DNA from: a virus | Reading direction: 5' to 3' (one strand) | DNA: 21,648 nucleotides | IMG/VR virus record: IMGVR_UViG_3300015608_001846 | Span: 1-21,648 of that record | In this document: positions 20,464 to 21,648 of the stretch, one piece after another | Position numbering within the stretch: position 1 is the stretch's first letter | Layout: the number at the start of each line of letters is the position of its first letter | Position numbers and translations under genes: made by a program | Notes under the pieces: generated by a model | What the model was told of the DNA's origin: nothing | The model's database searches: none | Seen by the model: the letters and a program-made list of their open reading frames with translations, nothing else

Positions 20464-21357
20464 TTAGGAGACGTCTCCTGTATCGCCCCACAAGGGATCA
20501 AACGTGTTGCGAAACTTGTCCCACGTCTTGTCCTTCAGAAGCGACTTGAATTCCCACTGAGTGAATGCCTTCTCAACAGCGGACCAATTTCTCTCGGGTG
20601 ACGAAGATGTCATCTGAGCAGCTTCATCGTCAGACCAGGTCTTGAATTCAATCAATCGATAATTGCGCTGAAAAATTCGAGCATGTTCTTGATCAGATAA
20701 GAACTCTCTCAACAGATCCGGATCTGATGCAATTTCATCAGCACGTTTATTGCCAATGCCCGGGATACCCGGGATGTTATCAGAACCATCACCTCGAAGA
20801 GCCTTCCACGTAACATACTGAAAATCAACTGGGTCGTCGACGAACTCTTTCGTCATTGGGTTGTAGAGCCGGACGTGCGGGAACTGGCCCAACAGCTGTG
20901 TGAAATCAGAGTCGTTGCTGCAGACAGTCCATGGCACTGCCGTCGTCGCCCGCCGGATCAGGTTGTAGATGGTGTCATCACACTCGTGATCAGGGTGCCT
21001 GATGATCGACACCGGAAAGTGTTGGGACAACAGCTGCACGACGAGACCGGCCTGTCGGTAAAAGTCACGCTCACGCTGCAGCTTCTCAACCTGCTTCGGG
21101 TCGACAGCAGAACCATCAGGTGCCTGTTCGATGACGCGGTTTGCTTTGTACTCTGACATCAGGTCGTAGCGCCACTTTGGATGGCCTTCTGTGACAAAGT
21201 AGACACGGGTAGGTGAGTGCATCTCGACGAGGGCGCGCAGGTTGCGAAAGGCATTGAAAACGACGTAGTAGTCGCCGGCGTTGAACCCGGCGCGGGCCCG
21301 GTGCAGGAAATTCATGCCGTCGATCGCTAGGATGTGAGGCGTTCGTGTTTCCATCAT
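20464..21357 (-). CDS. 5'-3' exonuclease / flap endonuclease (PIN-like + H3TH, Pol I N-terminal / T5 D15 type)
   Basis: Motifs in order: ILAIDGMNFLHR, EYKANR, ECDDTIYNL, CSNDSDFTQL, and H3TH LRGDGSDNIPGIPGIGNKRADEI. Confidence 0.92.
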   Translation of the reverse strand: MMETRTPHILAIDGMNFLHRARAGFNAGDYYVVFNAFRNLRALVEMHSPTRVYFVTEGHPKWRYDLMSEYKANRVIEQAPDGSAVDPKQVEKLQRERDFYRQAGLVVQLLSQHFPVSIIRHPDHECDDTIYNLIRRATTAVPWTVCSNDSDFTQLLGQFPHVRLYNPMTKEFVDDPVDFQYVTWKALRGDGSDNIPGIPGIGNKRADEIASDPDLLREFLSDQEHARIFQRNYRLIEFKTWSDDEAAQMTSSSPERNWSAVEKAFTQWEFKSLLKDKTWDKFRNTFDPLWGDTGDVS

Positions 21358-21428
21358 CTAGTTCTCTTGTGTGAGATTCCAACCCTTACATTACCACTGT
21401 CAGTGCGTACGATGCACACCCGCATGGG

Positions 21429-21648
21429 TCACCACTCCTTAGCAACCTCGTCTGGAAACTCGTCAGCGATGATTGCGTCAAGCGCACGTTCGACGGTTGA
21501 GATCCGGGAGAAAACACGCGCCATGCGGCGCTCGACCAGCTCACGGACGTTCTTCAGCATGTAGCGAGCGCGCGACATGTTCCATGCTGAAACAAAGGCG
21601 TTCAGCGGGACGGTGACGCCATTGATCCGGATGTCAACGTCGACCTCT
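21429..21648 (-). CDS. 3' end of an unidentified protein-coding gene (5' part outside the window)
   Basis: Hand translation of the minus strand from 21647: EVDVDIRINGVTVPLNAFVSAWNMSRARYMLKNVRELVERRMARVFSRISTVERALDAIIADEFPDEVAKEW, with stop at 21431-21429. It is absent from the ORF track because it has no long Met-initiated segment. It is co-directional with the FEN gene. Confidence 0.5.
   Translation of the reverse strand, partial: EVDVDIRINGVTVPLNAFVSAWNMSRARYMLKNVRELVERRMARVFSRISTVERALDAIIADEFPDEVAKEW

Noticed and set aside
21334-21564. 76-aa plus-strand ORF
   Set aside because: It spans the FEN start, an intergenic gap and the antisense of the better-looking minus-strand gene end at 21429..21648.
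1-21648. Interpretation as a eukaryote-infecting giant virus (because of MVP, MBD4-like, zincless Nei, UAP-like genes)
   Set aside because: The expression signals are bacterial throughout: SD sequences at correct spacing, ATGA/GTGA coupling, an intrinsic terminator, a lipobox signal peptide and an endolysin-type GH25. The eukaryote-like genes are better explained as acquisitions or deep homologs.
1-21648. Search for tRNA, rRNA, CRISPR arrays, long direct or inverted terminal repeats and transposase genes
   Set aside because: Reading by eye found none. The intergenic gaps are all under 185 nt and lack T-loop-like GGTTCGAATCC motifs or regularly spaced repeats. The only repeated non-coding string noticed is the 12-mer RBS region ATAAGGTGGGCA (909-920 plus, 12822-12833 minus).

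Overview
Gene-dense, almost gap-free window that reads like part of a large tailed bacteriophage or bacterial-virus genome rather than a cellular chromosome. It has canonical Shine-Dalgarno sites (AGGAGG, GGGAGG, AAGGTGGG), many ATGA/GTGA start-stop overlaps and a strong intrinsic terminator. It also has a GH25 lysin next to a lipobox protein, and a homing-endonuclease-like gene on the opposite strand to its neighbours. There are two main transcription blocks. The plus-strand block (21-6441) carries a full-length major vault protein (MVP) homolog flanked by small SH3-like paralogs, followed by methionine aminopeptidase. The long minus-strand block (about 17905 down to 8976) encodes NUDIX hydrolase, a UDP-sugar pyrophosphorylase, an MBD4-like glycosylase, a zincless Fpg/Nei glycosylase, ADP-ribosylglycohydrolase, an AAA ATPase and a GroEL-type chaperonin. 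Further right are a GH25 muramidase with a C-terminal membrane helix, a Cys-rich lipoprotein, a PD-(D/E)xK-like endonuclease, an HExxH membrane protein and a 5'-3' exonuclease/FEN. The most unusual element is the virus-encoded MVP, wired as an insulated expression cassette. Two repeated protein modules are also notable: a PGDL-motif small-protein family, and an N-terminal LRxLVRE peptide shared by three proteins, including the NUDIX enzyme. No rRNA, tRNA, CRISPR array or transposon was seen. All homology calls come from reading the translations against remembered family motifs, so they need HMM or structure confirmation.
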